The position numbers and the translations under genes are program-made. A stretch of 64,000 bases of DNA from Bacilli bacterium (GTDB taxonomy: Bacteria; Bacillota_I; Bacilli_A; RF39; UBA660): NCBI GenBank assembly GCA_017541325.1, contig JAFXZI010000014.1, forward strand, positions 45,741-109,740. The letters are read 5' to 3'. Positions 38,501-47,912 of the stretch are shown here, in pieces (position 1 is the stretch's first letter; every line of letters starts with the position of its first letter). Under the pieces are notes generated by a model, which did no database searches, was not told the origin of the DNA, and saw only the letters and a list, made by a program, of their open reading frames with translations.

Positions 38501-40234
38501 TTAATCTCTAAGTCCTATTCCTAATTCTTTTAATTGTTTTTCATCTACTACATTTGGGGCATCACTCATTAAACAATATGCACTAGCAGTCTTAGGGAAT
38601 GCTACAACGTCTTTTATGTTATCAGTATCACATAAAATCATTATTAATCTTTCAAGTCCAATACCTACTCCACCATGAGGAGGTGCACCATATTTAAATG
38701 CATCAATAAAGAATCCAAATTTAGCTTTAGCTTGTTCTTCAGTAAGACCAATCGCTTCAAATACTTTTCTTTGTGTTTCAGAGTCATGTATACGAATTGA
38801 TCCACTTAATAATTCATATCCATTTAAAACAAGGTCATATGCTCTTGAATAACAATTTTCTTTATCTGTTAATAATTTATCAATATCTTCACGTCTTGGT
38901 GAAGTAAAAGGATGATGTGCTGCTTCGAATCTTTGTTCTTCTTCGCTCCACTCATACATTGGGAATTCTGTTACCCATAAGAAATTATATTTAGAGTGAT
39001 CAATTAAATCTAAATCATGTCCAAGTTTTACTCTTAATGCACCAAGTGCAGTTTTAACTATTTTTTCTTTTCCAGCTAAAACAAGTACTAAGTCATTATT
39101 TTCAAGATTAAATTTACTAATTAATCCATTCTTTTCTTCGTCACTCATAACTTTAGCAATTGAACCACTTAACTCTCCATCAGTAAGTTTTAAGTAAGAT
39201 AGTACATTTGCTTTATAAGTTTTTACAAATTCTTGTAATTTATCTATTTCTTTACGAGAATACTTGTCAGCAGCATCTTTTACTACTAAACAGTTAATAA
39301 TTCCTTTTTCTTCTAAAATACCTTTAAATATTTCAAAAGTAGTATTTTTAAATATATCTGTAATATCTTGTAACTCCATTTCAAAACGAGTATCAGGTTT
39401 ATCAGATCCAAATCTATTAATACAATCTACATATTTTAATCTTTCAAACTTAGGAAGATCTATTCCTTTAATATCTTTAAAGATTGCTTTCATTGTACCT
39501 TCTACTACTTCCCAAATATCTTCTTCTTCAACAAAACTCATCTCGATATCTATTTGAGTAAATTCTGGTTGACGGTCAGCACGTAAGTCTTCATCTCTAA
39601 AGCATCTAGCAATTTGGAAATATTTTTCCATACCACCAATCATTAATAATTGTTTATATATTTGTGGAGATTGAGGAAGTGCATAGAATTTACCATTAAA
39701 TACTCTTGAAGGTACTAAATAGTCTCTAGCTCCTTCTGGAGTAGATTTACATAAAATTGGAGTTTCTACTTCAACAAATCCTAAACTATTTAAATAGTTT
39801 CTTACAATTAGAGTAACTTTATTTCTTAATATTAAGTTATTTTTAATATTTTCTCTTCTTATATCTAAATAACGATATTTTAATCTTGTATCTTCTAAGG
39901 CAGTAGTATCTCCATTTATTTCAAACGGAATATCAATACTATTATTAATTAGTTCAAGATCTGATACTATTACTTCGATATCTCCTGTTTTAATTTTAGT
40001 ATTCTTACTTTCCCTTTCAGATACTTTTCCAACAGCTTTTATAACTGCTTCAGTCTTTAAGGAAGATGCTACTTCATTTCCTTCTTTTAGAACTAATTGA
40101 ATAATTCCACTTCTATCTCTTAAATCAATAAATGTAAGTCCACCTAAATCACGTTTCTTTTGAACCCATCCAAAAAGTGTTACTTCTTTTCCAACATCTT
40201 TTATACTTAGATCTGTATTATTAATTGTTTTCAT
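38501..40234 (-). CDS. aspS: Aspartyl-tRNA synthetase (bacterial type)
   Basis: 577 aa. FIDLRDRSGIIQLV anticodon-binding region and class II motifs. Directly downstream of hisS. Confidence 0.93.
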   Translation of the reverse strand: MKTINNTDLSIKDVGKEVTLFGWVQKKRDLGGLTFIDLRDRSGIIQLVLKEGNEVASSLKTEAVIKAVGKVSERESKNTKIKTGDIEVIVSDLELINNSIDIPFEINGDTTALEDTRLKYRYLDIRRENIKNNLILRNKVTLIVRNYLNSLGFVEVETPILCKSTPEGARDYLVPSRVFNGKFYALPQSPQIYKQLLMIGGMEKYFQIARCFRDEDLRADRQPEFTQIDIEMSFVEEEDIWEVVEGTMKAIFKDIKGIDLPKFERLKYVDCINRFGSDKPDTRFEMELQDITDIFKNTTFEIFKGILEEKGIINCLVVKDAADKYSRKEIDKLQEFVKTYKANVLSYLKLTDGELSGSIAKVMSDEEKNGLISKFNLENNDLVLVLAGKEKIVKTALGALRVKLGHDLDLIDHSKYNFLWVTEFPMYEWSEEEQRFEAAHHPFTSPRREDIDKLLTDKENCYSRAYDLVLNGYELLSGSIRIHDSETQRKVFEAIGLTEEQAKAKFGFFIDAFKYGAPPHGGVGIGLERLIMILCDTDNIKDVVAFPKTASAYCLMSDAPNVVDEKQLKELGIGLRD

Positions 40235-41554
40235 CTATTCACCTTCTACTATTTCTTCTTCTATTTCTAATTCATCAAATAATTCTTCTGATAGTTTTTC
40301 TTCAAAGTAATATAATATATAATCTACTCCAACTAAAGTTTCTTCTTTAGTTTTATTATCTTTTATTTTAATTTGATCATTCTTTAATTCTTCATCATTC
40401 AAGATAATAAAGAATCTACTATTTAGACGATCTGCTTGTTTAAATTGACTCTTTAGGCTTCTACCTAGATTTTCCATTTCTATTTTATAACCATTCATTC
40501 TTAAATATTGGCATAAAGTAACTGCATAATCTTTTTCTGTATCAGATACATACATAATATAAGCATCAAGTGCTTTATCAACAGGTAGTTCTACTTTTTC
40601 AAGATCTAACGCCATAATAAGTCTTCCCATACCTAAAGCAAATCCTATTCCTGGAGTTGATGGCCCATCTAATTGTTCTGCTAGTCCATTATATCTTCCC
40701 CCACCAGCTAAAACATTATTAGAACCAAATCCATCTACTTTAGCTTCTATCTCAAATACTGTATGGTTATAGTAATCAAGTCCTCTTACTATATTAGGAT
40801 TTACTTCATAATCTACTTCAAGAAGTGATAAATATTTTTTAACTGTTTCAAATCTTTCTTTACTCTCTTCATTTAAATAATCAATAGTTTTAGGAGCATT
40901 TTTTAATATTGGATTATCACAATCTACTTTACAATCAAGAATTCTTAAAGGATTCTTTTTAAATCTTTCTTGGCAGTCTTCACATAAAGTATCAATATGT
41001 GGACGAAAATACTCTACTAAAGCTTCTCTATAATTATTACGAGATTCATTATCACCTAAAGTATTAATATTAACTTTTACTTCTTGTAATCCTAATAATT
41101 TAAATAAATTAACTGGAATAGATATTACTTCAGCATCTATATATGGATCATCACACCCTAATACTTCTACACCAAATTGTGTAAGTTCTCTATCTCTTCC
41201 TGATTGAGGTCTTTCGTAACGATACATTGTACCATTATAGTAAATCTTAACTGGTTGAGCACCATCTCCATACATTTTGTTTTCAATATAACTTCTTACT
41301 ATTCCTGCAGTTCCTTCTGGACGTAGAGTCATATTACGTCCACCTCTATCTACAAAATCATATGTTTCTTTTGTAACTATATCAGTTGTATCTCCTACTC
41401 CTCTATGGAATAATTCACTAGATTCAAAAATTGGTGTACGCATGAAATCATAATTATATTCTTTCATTAAATCATCAATTACTTGATCAACATATTTAAA
41501 TTTTCTAGCTTGATCACCATATATATCATGGCATCCTTTTGGTTTAGTTATCAT
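40235..41554 (-). CDS. hisS: Histidyl-tRNA synthetase
   Basis: 439 aa. Class II motifs; RPEGTAGIVRSY and GGGRYNGL patterns. CCTCC RBS. Confidence 0.93.
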   Translation of the reverse strand: MITKPKGCHDIYGDQARKFKYVDQVIDDLMKEYNYDFMRTPIFESSELFHRGVGDTTDIVTKETYDFVDRGGRNMTLRPEGTAGIVRSYIENKMYGDGAQPVKIYYNGTMYRYERPQSGRDRELTQFGVEVLGCDDPYIDAEVISIPVNLFKLLGLQEVKVNINTLGDNESRNNYREALVEYFRPHIDTLCEDCQERFKKNPLRILDCKVDCDNPILKNAPKTIDYLNEESKERFETVKKYLSLLEVDYEVNPNIVRGLDYYNHTVFEIEAKVDGFGSNNVLAGGGRYNGLAEQLDGPSTPGIGFALGMGRLIMALDLEKVELPVDKALDAYIMYVSDTEKDYAVTLCQYLRMNGYKIEMENLGRSLKSQFKQADRLNSRFFIILNDEELKNDQIKIKDNKTKEETLVGVDYILYYFEEKLSEELFDELEIEEEIVEGE

Positions 41555-41564
41555 AAATACCTCC

Positions 41565-41800
41565 TAAAAATGCAAAAAGATGATACCAGTATAAGGACGA
41601 ATCTCTCGTGGTACCACCTTAATTCATAACAATAGTTATCTCAAATATCTTAACGCGATATAACGTTCTATGTTTATATAAAGTGTCTTCAATACATATT
41701 AGCTTAAGTATTTTCACCAACCATACTTTCTCTAAAAGCAATTACATATTTACTCCTCTTTCATAGAAGTTAACCTAATTTTATATCTAAAACACCTTTT
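41565..41800 (-). promoter_or_regulatory. T-box riboswitch leader (histidine-type) controlling hisS-aspS
   Basis: Minus-strand RNA contains AAUUAAGGUGGUACCACGAG (rev-comp of ctcgtggtaccaccttaatt at about 41605..41624), a T-box consensus match. Terminator arms GGUACCA/UGGUAUC followed by CAUCUUUUUGCAUUUUU just 5' of the RBS. Confidence 0.75.
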
Positions 41801-41806
41801 TTTCAA

Positions 41807-41840
41807 GTGAAAAAAATAGAAACATATAAATTGTTTCTAT
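41807..41840 (-). terminator. Intrinsic terminator of greA (overlaps its stop codon)
   Basis: 9-bp stem ATAGAAACA/TGTTTCTAT (41816..41824 / 41832..41840), loop TATAAAT, followed on the minus strand by UUUUUUU. Confidence 0.6.
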
Positions 41841-42304
41841 TTAATTTCAGTAATCTCTATTTTATAAACTCCGTTTGGACTTTCAACTTCAACAATGTCT
41901 CCAACTTTTTTATTTAAAATTGCTTTAGCAATTGGACTTTCATTAGATATTTTGCTCATAAATGGATCTGCTTCTTGACTACCAACGATTTTATATTCAT
42001 CAGTATCATCATCATCTACATATTTAACAGATACAGTTGACCCAATAGATACTTTATCAGTTTTAACTTCATTGATAATTTCTGCATTTTCTAACATTTT
42101 CTCTATTTTCTTAATGCGTCCTTCGATTTCTGCTTGTTCATTTTTAGCAGCATCGTAGTCTGCATTTTCTGACAAATCTCCTAAAGCACGTGCTTCTTTA
42201 ATAGCAATAATATTTCTTGGACGTTGTACATTAATTAAATCATCTAGCTCTTTTTTTAGTTCATCTAATCCTTCTTGAGTTAAATAGGTTTTCTTTTCTT
42301 TCAT
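41837..42304 (-). CDS. greA: Transcription elongation factor GreA
   Basis: 155 aa. LTQEGLDELKKELDDL N-terminal coiled-coil and C-terminal FKBP-like domain pattern. Confidence 0.9.
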   Translation of the reverse strand: MKEKKTYLTQEGLDELKKELDDLINVQRPRNIIAIKEARALGDLSENADYDAAKNEQAEIEGRIKKIEKMLENAEIINEVKTDKVSIGSTVSVKYVDDDDTDEYKIVGSQEADPFMSKISNESPIAKAILNKKVGDIVEVESPNGVYKIEITEIK

Positions 42305-42390
42305 AGTAATGCACCTCTTTCAAACACATACTTTTAACAAGATACTACAAATAGGCAAAAAAGTCAAGTTGTTATGGTATGAACTTAACA

Positions 42391-42415
42391 ATAAAAAAAA
42401 GACCTATAAGGTCTT
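42391..42415 (-). terminator. Short intrinsic terminator after the SPFH gene
   Basis: AAGACC-tataa-GGTCTT hairpin followed on the minus strand by UUUUUUAU. Confidence 0.5.
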
Positions 42416-42419
42416 GTTT

Positions 42420-43319
42420 TTAACTTTCTTTGTCTTTATGATCCTTAAACATTTCTTCAATAGTTGTTGATAAAGTAGCAATATTTTGTAAATCTGATGG
42501 AACAATAATCTTTGTAGACTTTCCATCTGCTACCTTAGCAAGTGCTTCAAAGCTCTTTAAAGTAAGAACTGATTTATCAGCTTTAGCTTCTTTTAATAAC
42601 TTAATTCCATTTGCTTCAGCCTCTTTAATTCTAAGAATTGCTTCTGCTTGTCCTTCTGCTTCTTTAATAGCAGTTTGTTTAATAGCTTCTGCTCTTAAAA
42701 TAGCACTTTCTTTTTCTCCCTCAGCAATAAGGATTGCAGATTTCTTTTCTCCTTCTGCTTGAAGAATTTTTTCACGTCTTTCACGTTCAGCACGCATTTG
42801 TTTTTCCATTGCTTCTTGAATATCACGAGGTGGAATAATATTTTTAACTTCTACTCTGTTTATTTTAATTCCCCATGGATTTGTAGCTTCATCAAGAATA
42901 GCGCACATTTTTTCATTAATAGCATCCCTACTTGTTAAAGTTTGGTCTAATTCTAGTTCACCAATTAAGTTACGAAGTGTAGTTGCAGTTAAATTTTCAA
43001 TTGCAACAATTGGATTTTCAATTCCGTAAGTATATAACTTAGGATCTGTAATTTGATAATATACGATAGTATCTATTTGCATACTAACATTATCTTTTGT
43101 AATAACTGATTGTGGTAAGAAATCTCTAACAATTTCTTTTAAAGTAATTCTGTTAACAATTCTGTCAACGAATGGTAATTTGAAGTGTAGTCCATTATTC
43201 CATGTTTCTAGATATGAACCAACACGTTCAATAACTACTGCTTCTGCTTGTGATACAACTTTTACACAAGTAAGTATGATAATAACAGCAAGTATTAATA
43301 AAAACCAAAATAATTCCAT
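42420..43319 (-). CDS. SPFH/band-7 (stomatin/prohibitin-like) protein
   Basis: 299 aa. N-terminal TM then SPFH domain, Ala/Glu-rich coiled-coil. Overlaps the nfeD stop. Confidence 0.85.
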   Translation of the reverse strand: MELFWFLLILAVIIILTCVKVVSQAEAVVIERVGSYLETWNNGLHFKLPFVDRIVNRITLKEIVRDFLPQSVITKDNVSMQIDTIVYYQITDPKLYTYGIENPIVAIENLTATTLRNLIGELELDQTLTSRDAINEKMCAILDEATNPWGIKINRVEVKNIIPPRDIQEAMEKQMRAERERREKILQAEGEKKSAILIAEGEKESAILRAEAIKQTAIKEAEGQAEAILRIKEAEANGIKLLKEAKADKSVLTLKSFEALAKVADGKSTKIIVPSDLQNIATLSTTIEEMFKDHKDKES

Positions 43320-43738
43320 TAATCTTTTTCCTCCTCTACGACTAATTTTACCCCATCAATTCGAAGTATTTTAACTGTAGCACCTACTTCAATCTTTTTA
43401 TCAGCTACAGCAGTCCATCTTTTTCCATCAACTTTAACTTCTCCATTTTCGTTTTTAGTTATTTCTTTAGTAACTACACCAGTCATTTCTAAAACACGAT
43501 CTAGATTAGTTTTGTGTTTAGTTTTATTAAGCCACTTAGTAAGTTGTTTTCTTGTAGTTATTAATAGAACAATACCTAATACTACAAAGACAGCAAATTG
43601 TACTGCGAATGGTATATCAAAGAAAGATAATATCCATGCAACAATTGCACTGGCAACAAACCATACTGTAACTAAATTAATAGTAATTAGTTCAATAAAA
43701 CTTAAAACTAAAATCATTACAAACCAAAAGTACTCCAT
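43319..43738 (-). CDS. NfeD-family membrane protein (OB-fold C-terminus)
   Basis: 139 aa. Three TM helices plus C-terminal beta-rich segment. Canonical NfeD-SPFH operon partner. Confidence 0.8.
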   Translation of the reverse strand: MEYFWFVMILVLSFIELITINLVTVWFVASAIVAWILSFFDIPFAVQFAVFVVLGIVLLITTRKQLTKWLNKTKHKTNLDRVLEMTGVVTKEITKNENGEVKVDGKRWTAVADKKIEVGATVKILRIDGVKLVVEEEKD

Positions 43739-43769
43739 AATCTACCTCCTGGATATATTATACCATAAA

Positions 43770-45404
43770 TTAGTCTTTTTTTGAAGATGGATAATACTCA
43801 TTTATTCTTTTTTCTATACGAGTTTTTCCAAGTATTTTTAAGATGTTATAAAGATTTGGAGTATTATCTTTAGTAGTCATAGATATTCTAATCATATTAG
43901 AGATATCAACAATACTTCCAGGATATGAATCTGGTTCTTCTTTATAGGCTTTCATATCAGTTGCATATCCATATTTAGATGCAAGATCTTTCATCTTATT
44001 AAACCACTCTTCTTCAGTATCAGAACTATCATAATAATTATTAAAATAATCTATTATAATTTCACTATTATCTAAACTCTTCTTTTCTTTAAAAAACAAC
44101 TCATCAAACATGTACCACATATTATCTTTAACTTCACTAAAACTAGAATAATCTTTTCTTGGTTTTTTTCTTTCTCTTTCAATATTAATAAATTCTATAG
44201 AATCATCTTTATATTTAACTAATAAATTGTAAAACTCTGAATCATATTCTTTAGTATATTCTAATAATCTATTATAAAAATCAGATGCACTTAAATAACT
44301 TAAATAATTTTTAGAAATATTAAGTAGTTTTTCCATATCAAAAAGAGAACCACTACTAGAAACTTTTTTAAAATCAAATTTAAATTTATCAATACTTTCA
44401 CGAGGATTAGCATTGTACCATTCCTCAAAATTACTATTAGCTATTGTTAATAAATATAATTTAATTGCTTCTTTTGGAACTCCAAGTTCATGATAGAAAG
44501 AAATTGCTGCTTCTTTATCTTTTCTCTTACTAAGTTTTCTTCTTATTTCTCCATCTTGAATCATTATAGGAGATAAATGGCAATACTTAGGTAATTTATA
44601 TCCTAATACTTTAAATAATTCATAGTGAATTGGAAGAGAACTTAACCATTCATCTCCACGTATAACATGAGTAGTATGCATTAAAGAATCATCTACTGCA
44701 TGAGCAAAATGATATGTAGGAAAACCATCTCCTTTTATTAGTACAACATCTATATTATTTTCTGGAAATTCTAAATCTCCTTTTATTAAATCTTTTATAT
44801 GAATTCTTTTATTTATATCACCTTGTGATTTTAATCTAATAATATATGGTTCTCCATTTTTTATTTTTTTAATTCTTTCTTCATCACTTAAATCTCTATA
44901 TTTAGCAAACGCCCCATAACATCCTATTTCTAGTTTATCTTTTTCTTGAATTTCTCTCATCTCTTCTAATTCTTTTTCAGTTAAAAAGCAAGGATAAGCA
45001 AGATCAATACTCATAAGATAGGAAGCAAAGGACTCATATATTTCTTTACGATGAGTTTGAATATAAGGACCATATATTCCAACCTCTCCATTAGATGTAA
45101 CACCTTCATCTATCTTAATATCAAAATTATCAAGATCTCGAATAATATTTTCTATTCCATTTTCTACTTCACGTTTTTGATCAGTATCTTCTATTCTTAA
45201 AAAGAAAACACCATCAGTATCATGTGCTGCTTTACTTGAAACATATGCAGAAAAAAGTGATCCCATATGAACAAATCCTGTTGGAGATGGTGCAAAACGT
45301 GTAACAACTGCACCTTCTTTTAAATCTCTTTTTGGATATTTTTCTTCATAGTAAGATTTATCTTTTACATTAGGAAATATTAATTTTATTAATTCATCTT
45401 TCAT
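43770..45404 (-). CDS. gltX: Glutamyl-tRNA synthetase
   Basis: HIGH-region FAPSPTGFVHMGS and KLSKR (KMSKS). Start reassigned to ATG at 45404 (MKDELIKL...), which has GAGG 10 nt upstream; the ORF-track start at 45467 lacks an RBS. Confidence 0.88.
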   Translation of the reverse strand: MKDELIKLIFPNVKDKSYYEEKYPKRDLKEGAVVTRFAPSPTGFVHMGSLFSAYVSSKAAHDTDGVFFLRIEDTDQKREVENGIENIIRDLDNFDIKIDEGVTSNGEVGIYGPYIQTHRKEIYESFASYLMSIDLAYPCFLTEKELEEMREIQEKDKLEIGCYGAFAKYRDLSDEERIKKIKNGEPYIIRLKSQGDINKRIHIKDLIKGDLEFPENNIDVVLIKGDGFPTYHFAHAVDDSLMHTTHVIRGDEWLSSLPIHYELFKVLGYKLPKYCHLSPIMIQDGEIRRKLSKRKDKEAAISFYHELGVPKEAIKLYLLTIANSNFEEWYNANPRESIDKFKFDFKKVSSSGSLFDMEKLLNISKNYLSYLSASDFYNRLLEYTKEYDSEFYNLLVKYKDDSIEFINIERERKKPRKDYSSFSEVKDNMWYMFDELFFKEKKSLDNSEIIIDYFNNYYDSSDTEEEWFNKMKDLASKYGYATDMKAYKEEPDSYPGSIVDISNMIRISMTTKDNTPNLYNILKILGKTRIEKRINEYYPSSKKD

Positions 45405-45460
45405 ATATAAACCTCGATTCATATAAATAATATCATAAAATAAAAATAATAGTATTATTA

Positions 45461-45500
45461 AAATCAAAAAAGCACTTAATTATAATAATTAAATGCTTTT
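45461..45500 (-). terminator. Intrinsic terminator downstream of the 512-aa gene
   Basis: GCACTTAATT-ataat-AATTAAATGC (10-bp stem, 1 mismatch) followed on the minus strand by UUUUUUGAUUUU. Confidence 0.55.
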
Positions 45501-45506
45501 AAATAT

Positions 45507-47045
45507 TTATCTTTCTGTTAAGTGAGGACAAGATTGATTTCCTTTGTAAGCTGCAATATATTTTTTTAACATTTCATAATATTTAGATCCATGTCCACCT
45601 GACATTGGTTCAATATCACGACTACATTCTTGAGTATACTCATCAGTAAATGTTCCACCATATAAACATAATGCAGTCCACTCATTCCACCAAGTAACTG
45701 TTACAACCTTTGGATGATATTTAAATGCTGTTTTCCATTGATTATAGAAAGTTTCACCATTTCTTCTACAAACAGCATCAGATGATGACATATAACTTCT
45801 TTGCATGGCAACACTAACACCAATTTGTTCAACAGCTCCGTTTTTATCTCTAGCAGGTTTATCATTATCTACTTCTAAATATGTCCAATCATATCTACTT
45901 ACTCCATTTAATCCCCACATACTTCTAACTGTAATATCTCTTTCTGGATTCCTTGTAGGAGGACTTGTTGTTAAAAAGAACGGTTTGCTATTCCAATAAA
46001 CCCAAATATTCTCATATTTACTATTTTTATAGAAATCATCATATATTGCATTTACACTTTGCCATCCTTCAAATTGGTTATTTCCACCAGAATTACCTGT
46101 CCATACCCAATTCATTACATAAGGAGTTTTTTCTCCTTCACTTCTCATTTCATATACAGTTTCAAGAATAGCTTTTAATGGTGAATCAACATGAGCATTC
46201 CATCCACTAGAATGATGAGCAAAACCAGCATTTGGATTCATATTTGTATAATCTATAATTATAAAATCTACTCCAGCAGCTGCTAACTGCTTCATATGAG
46301 TCCTTATAACATTTTTATCGTTACTATTGTAAAAACCTAACGCAGGTTTTCCCCAATAATATTCAGCACCACCTTCACAAAAACTAGATTGTTGAGAAAT
46401 AATTCTAACTTTACTTTGATTAGGATGATGCCATGTCGTATAGAATATTCCTACTAAATTTTTAGAATTAGCTATATCAAGTTTAGTTCCACCTAATCTT
46501 TTTTGTTCTTCTTCTAAAAGTTTCTTTATAATATCATCATTTTTCTTTTCATTAGCTTCTCTTGCTTTTTCTCTTTTCTTTTCTCTTTCTTCTCTTTCTT
46601 CACTTTCTTTTTTAGCATTTTCAAATTCTTTAGTATTATCTTTTTTTAATTCTTTATCATAATAATTGCATATATCATTATCATTTATAAAGCAATTAAT
46701 ACATTCAATCATTGAATTTTGTTCTAGCATTTTAAATAACAATTGTGCACCAAAAACTACAAAGAATACTGCTGCTGCAGCAATAAATTTAGGTACTACT
46801 TTTCGTCTTAATCTGTCTAAATCTGGATCTTTATTAATTACAGTTTTAAATATATCTATTCCTGCATATAAAACTAGCAAAATTGGAATTAATATTTTTA
46901 TAATATCAACTGATGTCTTTATAACTGCTGGTACAGCAGCTGGTACCCCACTTATATTTCCACACGAAGCAAAATGTTCGGCAAAAACAATATCAGACGG
47001 AAAAACATATAGTATTAAAAATAAATAAACTAATCTTTTTTTCAT
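45507..47045 (-). CDS. Secreted/membrane protein: signal peptide + two-TM hairpin (VirB2/TrbC-like topology) + Lys/Glu coiled-coil linker + C-terminal TIM-barrel glycoside-hydrolase-like domain
   Basis: 512 aa. Signal peptide ...VFA^EH. TM1 IIKILIPILLVLYAGIDIF. Basic loop. TM2 FIAAAAVFFVVFGAQLLF. EKKREKAREANEKK linker. C-terminal domain with VDFIIIDYTN and WWNEW motifs reminiscent of clan GH-A hydrolases. Confidence 0.45.
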   Translation of the reverse strand: MKKRLVYLFLILYVFPSDIVFAEHFASCGNISGVPAAVPAVIKTSVDIIKILIPILLVLYAGIDIFKTVINKDPDLDRLRRKVVPKFIAAAAVFFVVFGAQLLFKMLEQNSMIECINCFINDNDICNYYDKELKKDNTKEFENAKKESEEREEREKKREKAREANEKKNDDIIKKLLEEEQKRLGGTKLDIANSKNLVGIFYTTWHHPNQSKVRIISQQSSFCEGGAEYYWGKPALGFYNSNDKNVIRTHMKQLAAAGVDFIIIDYTNMNPNAGFAHHSSGWNAHVDSPLKAILETVYEMRSEGEKTPYVMNWVWTGNSGGNNQFEGWQSVNAIYDDFYKNSKYENIWVYWNSKPFFLTTSPPTRNPERDITVRSMWGLNGVSRYDWTYLEVDNDKPARDKNGAVEQIGVSVAMQRSYMSSSDAVCRRNGETFYNQWKTAFKYHPKVVTVTWWNEWTALCLYGGTFTDEYTQECSRDIEPMSGGHGSKYYEMLKKYIAAYKGNQSCPHLTER

Positions 47046-47086
47046 ACAATGGTACCTTTCTTTATTATTATTCTAAATAAATAATA

Positions 47087-47803
47087 TCACATCGTTTTAT
47101 AGAACTCTATTATTTTATCTAAAGTATCAAAATCAATTGTCTCTTTACTGTCACATAAACTTTGACTTGGATCATAATGAACTTCAATTAATAGTCCATC
47201 CGCTCCTGCTGTTAAAGCAGCACAAGACATAGATTCAACCATGTAAGATAGTCCACTAGCATGAGATGGATCAATTATTATTTTATAATCTGTATTATTC
47301 TTTATATATGGAATCGCTTGTAAATCAAGTATATTTCTAGTTTCATTTGAAATAGTATTTCTAACTCCTCTTTCACATAAAATAATATTTGTATTACCTT
47401 CTCTTTTTATATATTCTGCTGCTTTAATCCATTCATTATAAGAAGCTGCAAAATTTCTTTTTAAAATAACTGGAGTTTTTGTTTTTCCTACTTCTTTTAA
47501 CAATTCATAATTATACATATTTCTTGTACCTATTTGAATTATATCTATTTTATCTCCGTACTTTTTAACCTGTTCAATAGTAGTTAACTCAGTAACTATT
47601 TTAATATCTAGTTCTTCTTTTAATTTAAGAAGCATTTCCATACCCTCATCTCTTAACCCTTGAAAAGAATTGGGATCAGTTCTCATTTTAAAAGTTCCAG
47701 CTCGAAAATATTCAATTCCTCTTTCTTTTAAAAGAGATGCTATTTTTTTAATCTCATCATAACTTGCGAAAGTACATGGACCAGCAATAATTATTTTATT
47801 CAT
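47087..47803 (-). CDS. aroF: 3-deoxy-7-phosphoheptulonate (DAHP) synthase, unfused class I-beta
   Basis: 238 aa. IIAGPCTFAS..., FKMRTDPNSFQG, LKEVGKTKTPVILKR, IILCERGVR, DPSHASG align with Pyrococcus/Thermotoga-type I-beta DAHPS (a KDO8PS-like fold; KDO8PS is unlikely in a Gram-positive). Confidence 0.78.
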   Translation of the reverse strand: MNKIIIAGPCTFASYDEIKKIASLLKERGIEYFRAGTFKMRTDPNSFQGLRDEGMEMLLKLKEELDIKIVTELTTIEQVKKYGDKIDIIQIGTRNMYNYELLKEVGKTKTPVILKRNFAASYNEWIKAAEYIKREGNTNIILCERGVRNTISNETRNILDLQAIPYIKNNTDYKIIIDPSHASGLSYMVESMSCAALTAGADGLLIEVHYDPSQSLCDSKETIDFDTLDKIIEFYKTM

Positions 47804-47912
47804 AATATCACCCTCTACATTTTTATTATATCACTATTGTTTTACAATAATATACATTAAAAAGACTAAAATATTTACGTAAACAAATTATATTTGATAT
47901 GATTAAATTGAG

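Noticed and set aside
47087-47803. Calling the 238-aa enzyme KDO-8-phosphate synthase (KdsA)
   Set aside because: The fold and motifs are shared between KDO8PS and class I-beta DAHP synthase. The host looks Gram-positive (T-boxes, yqeG-yqeH, no LPS genes), so DAHP synthase is the sensible call. A metal-site residue check would settle it.
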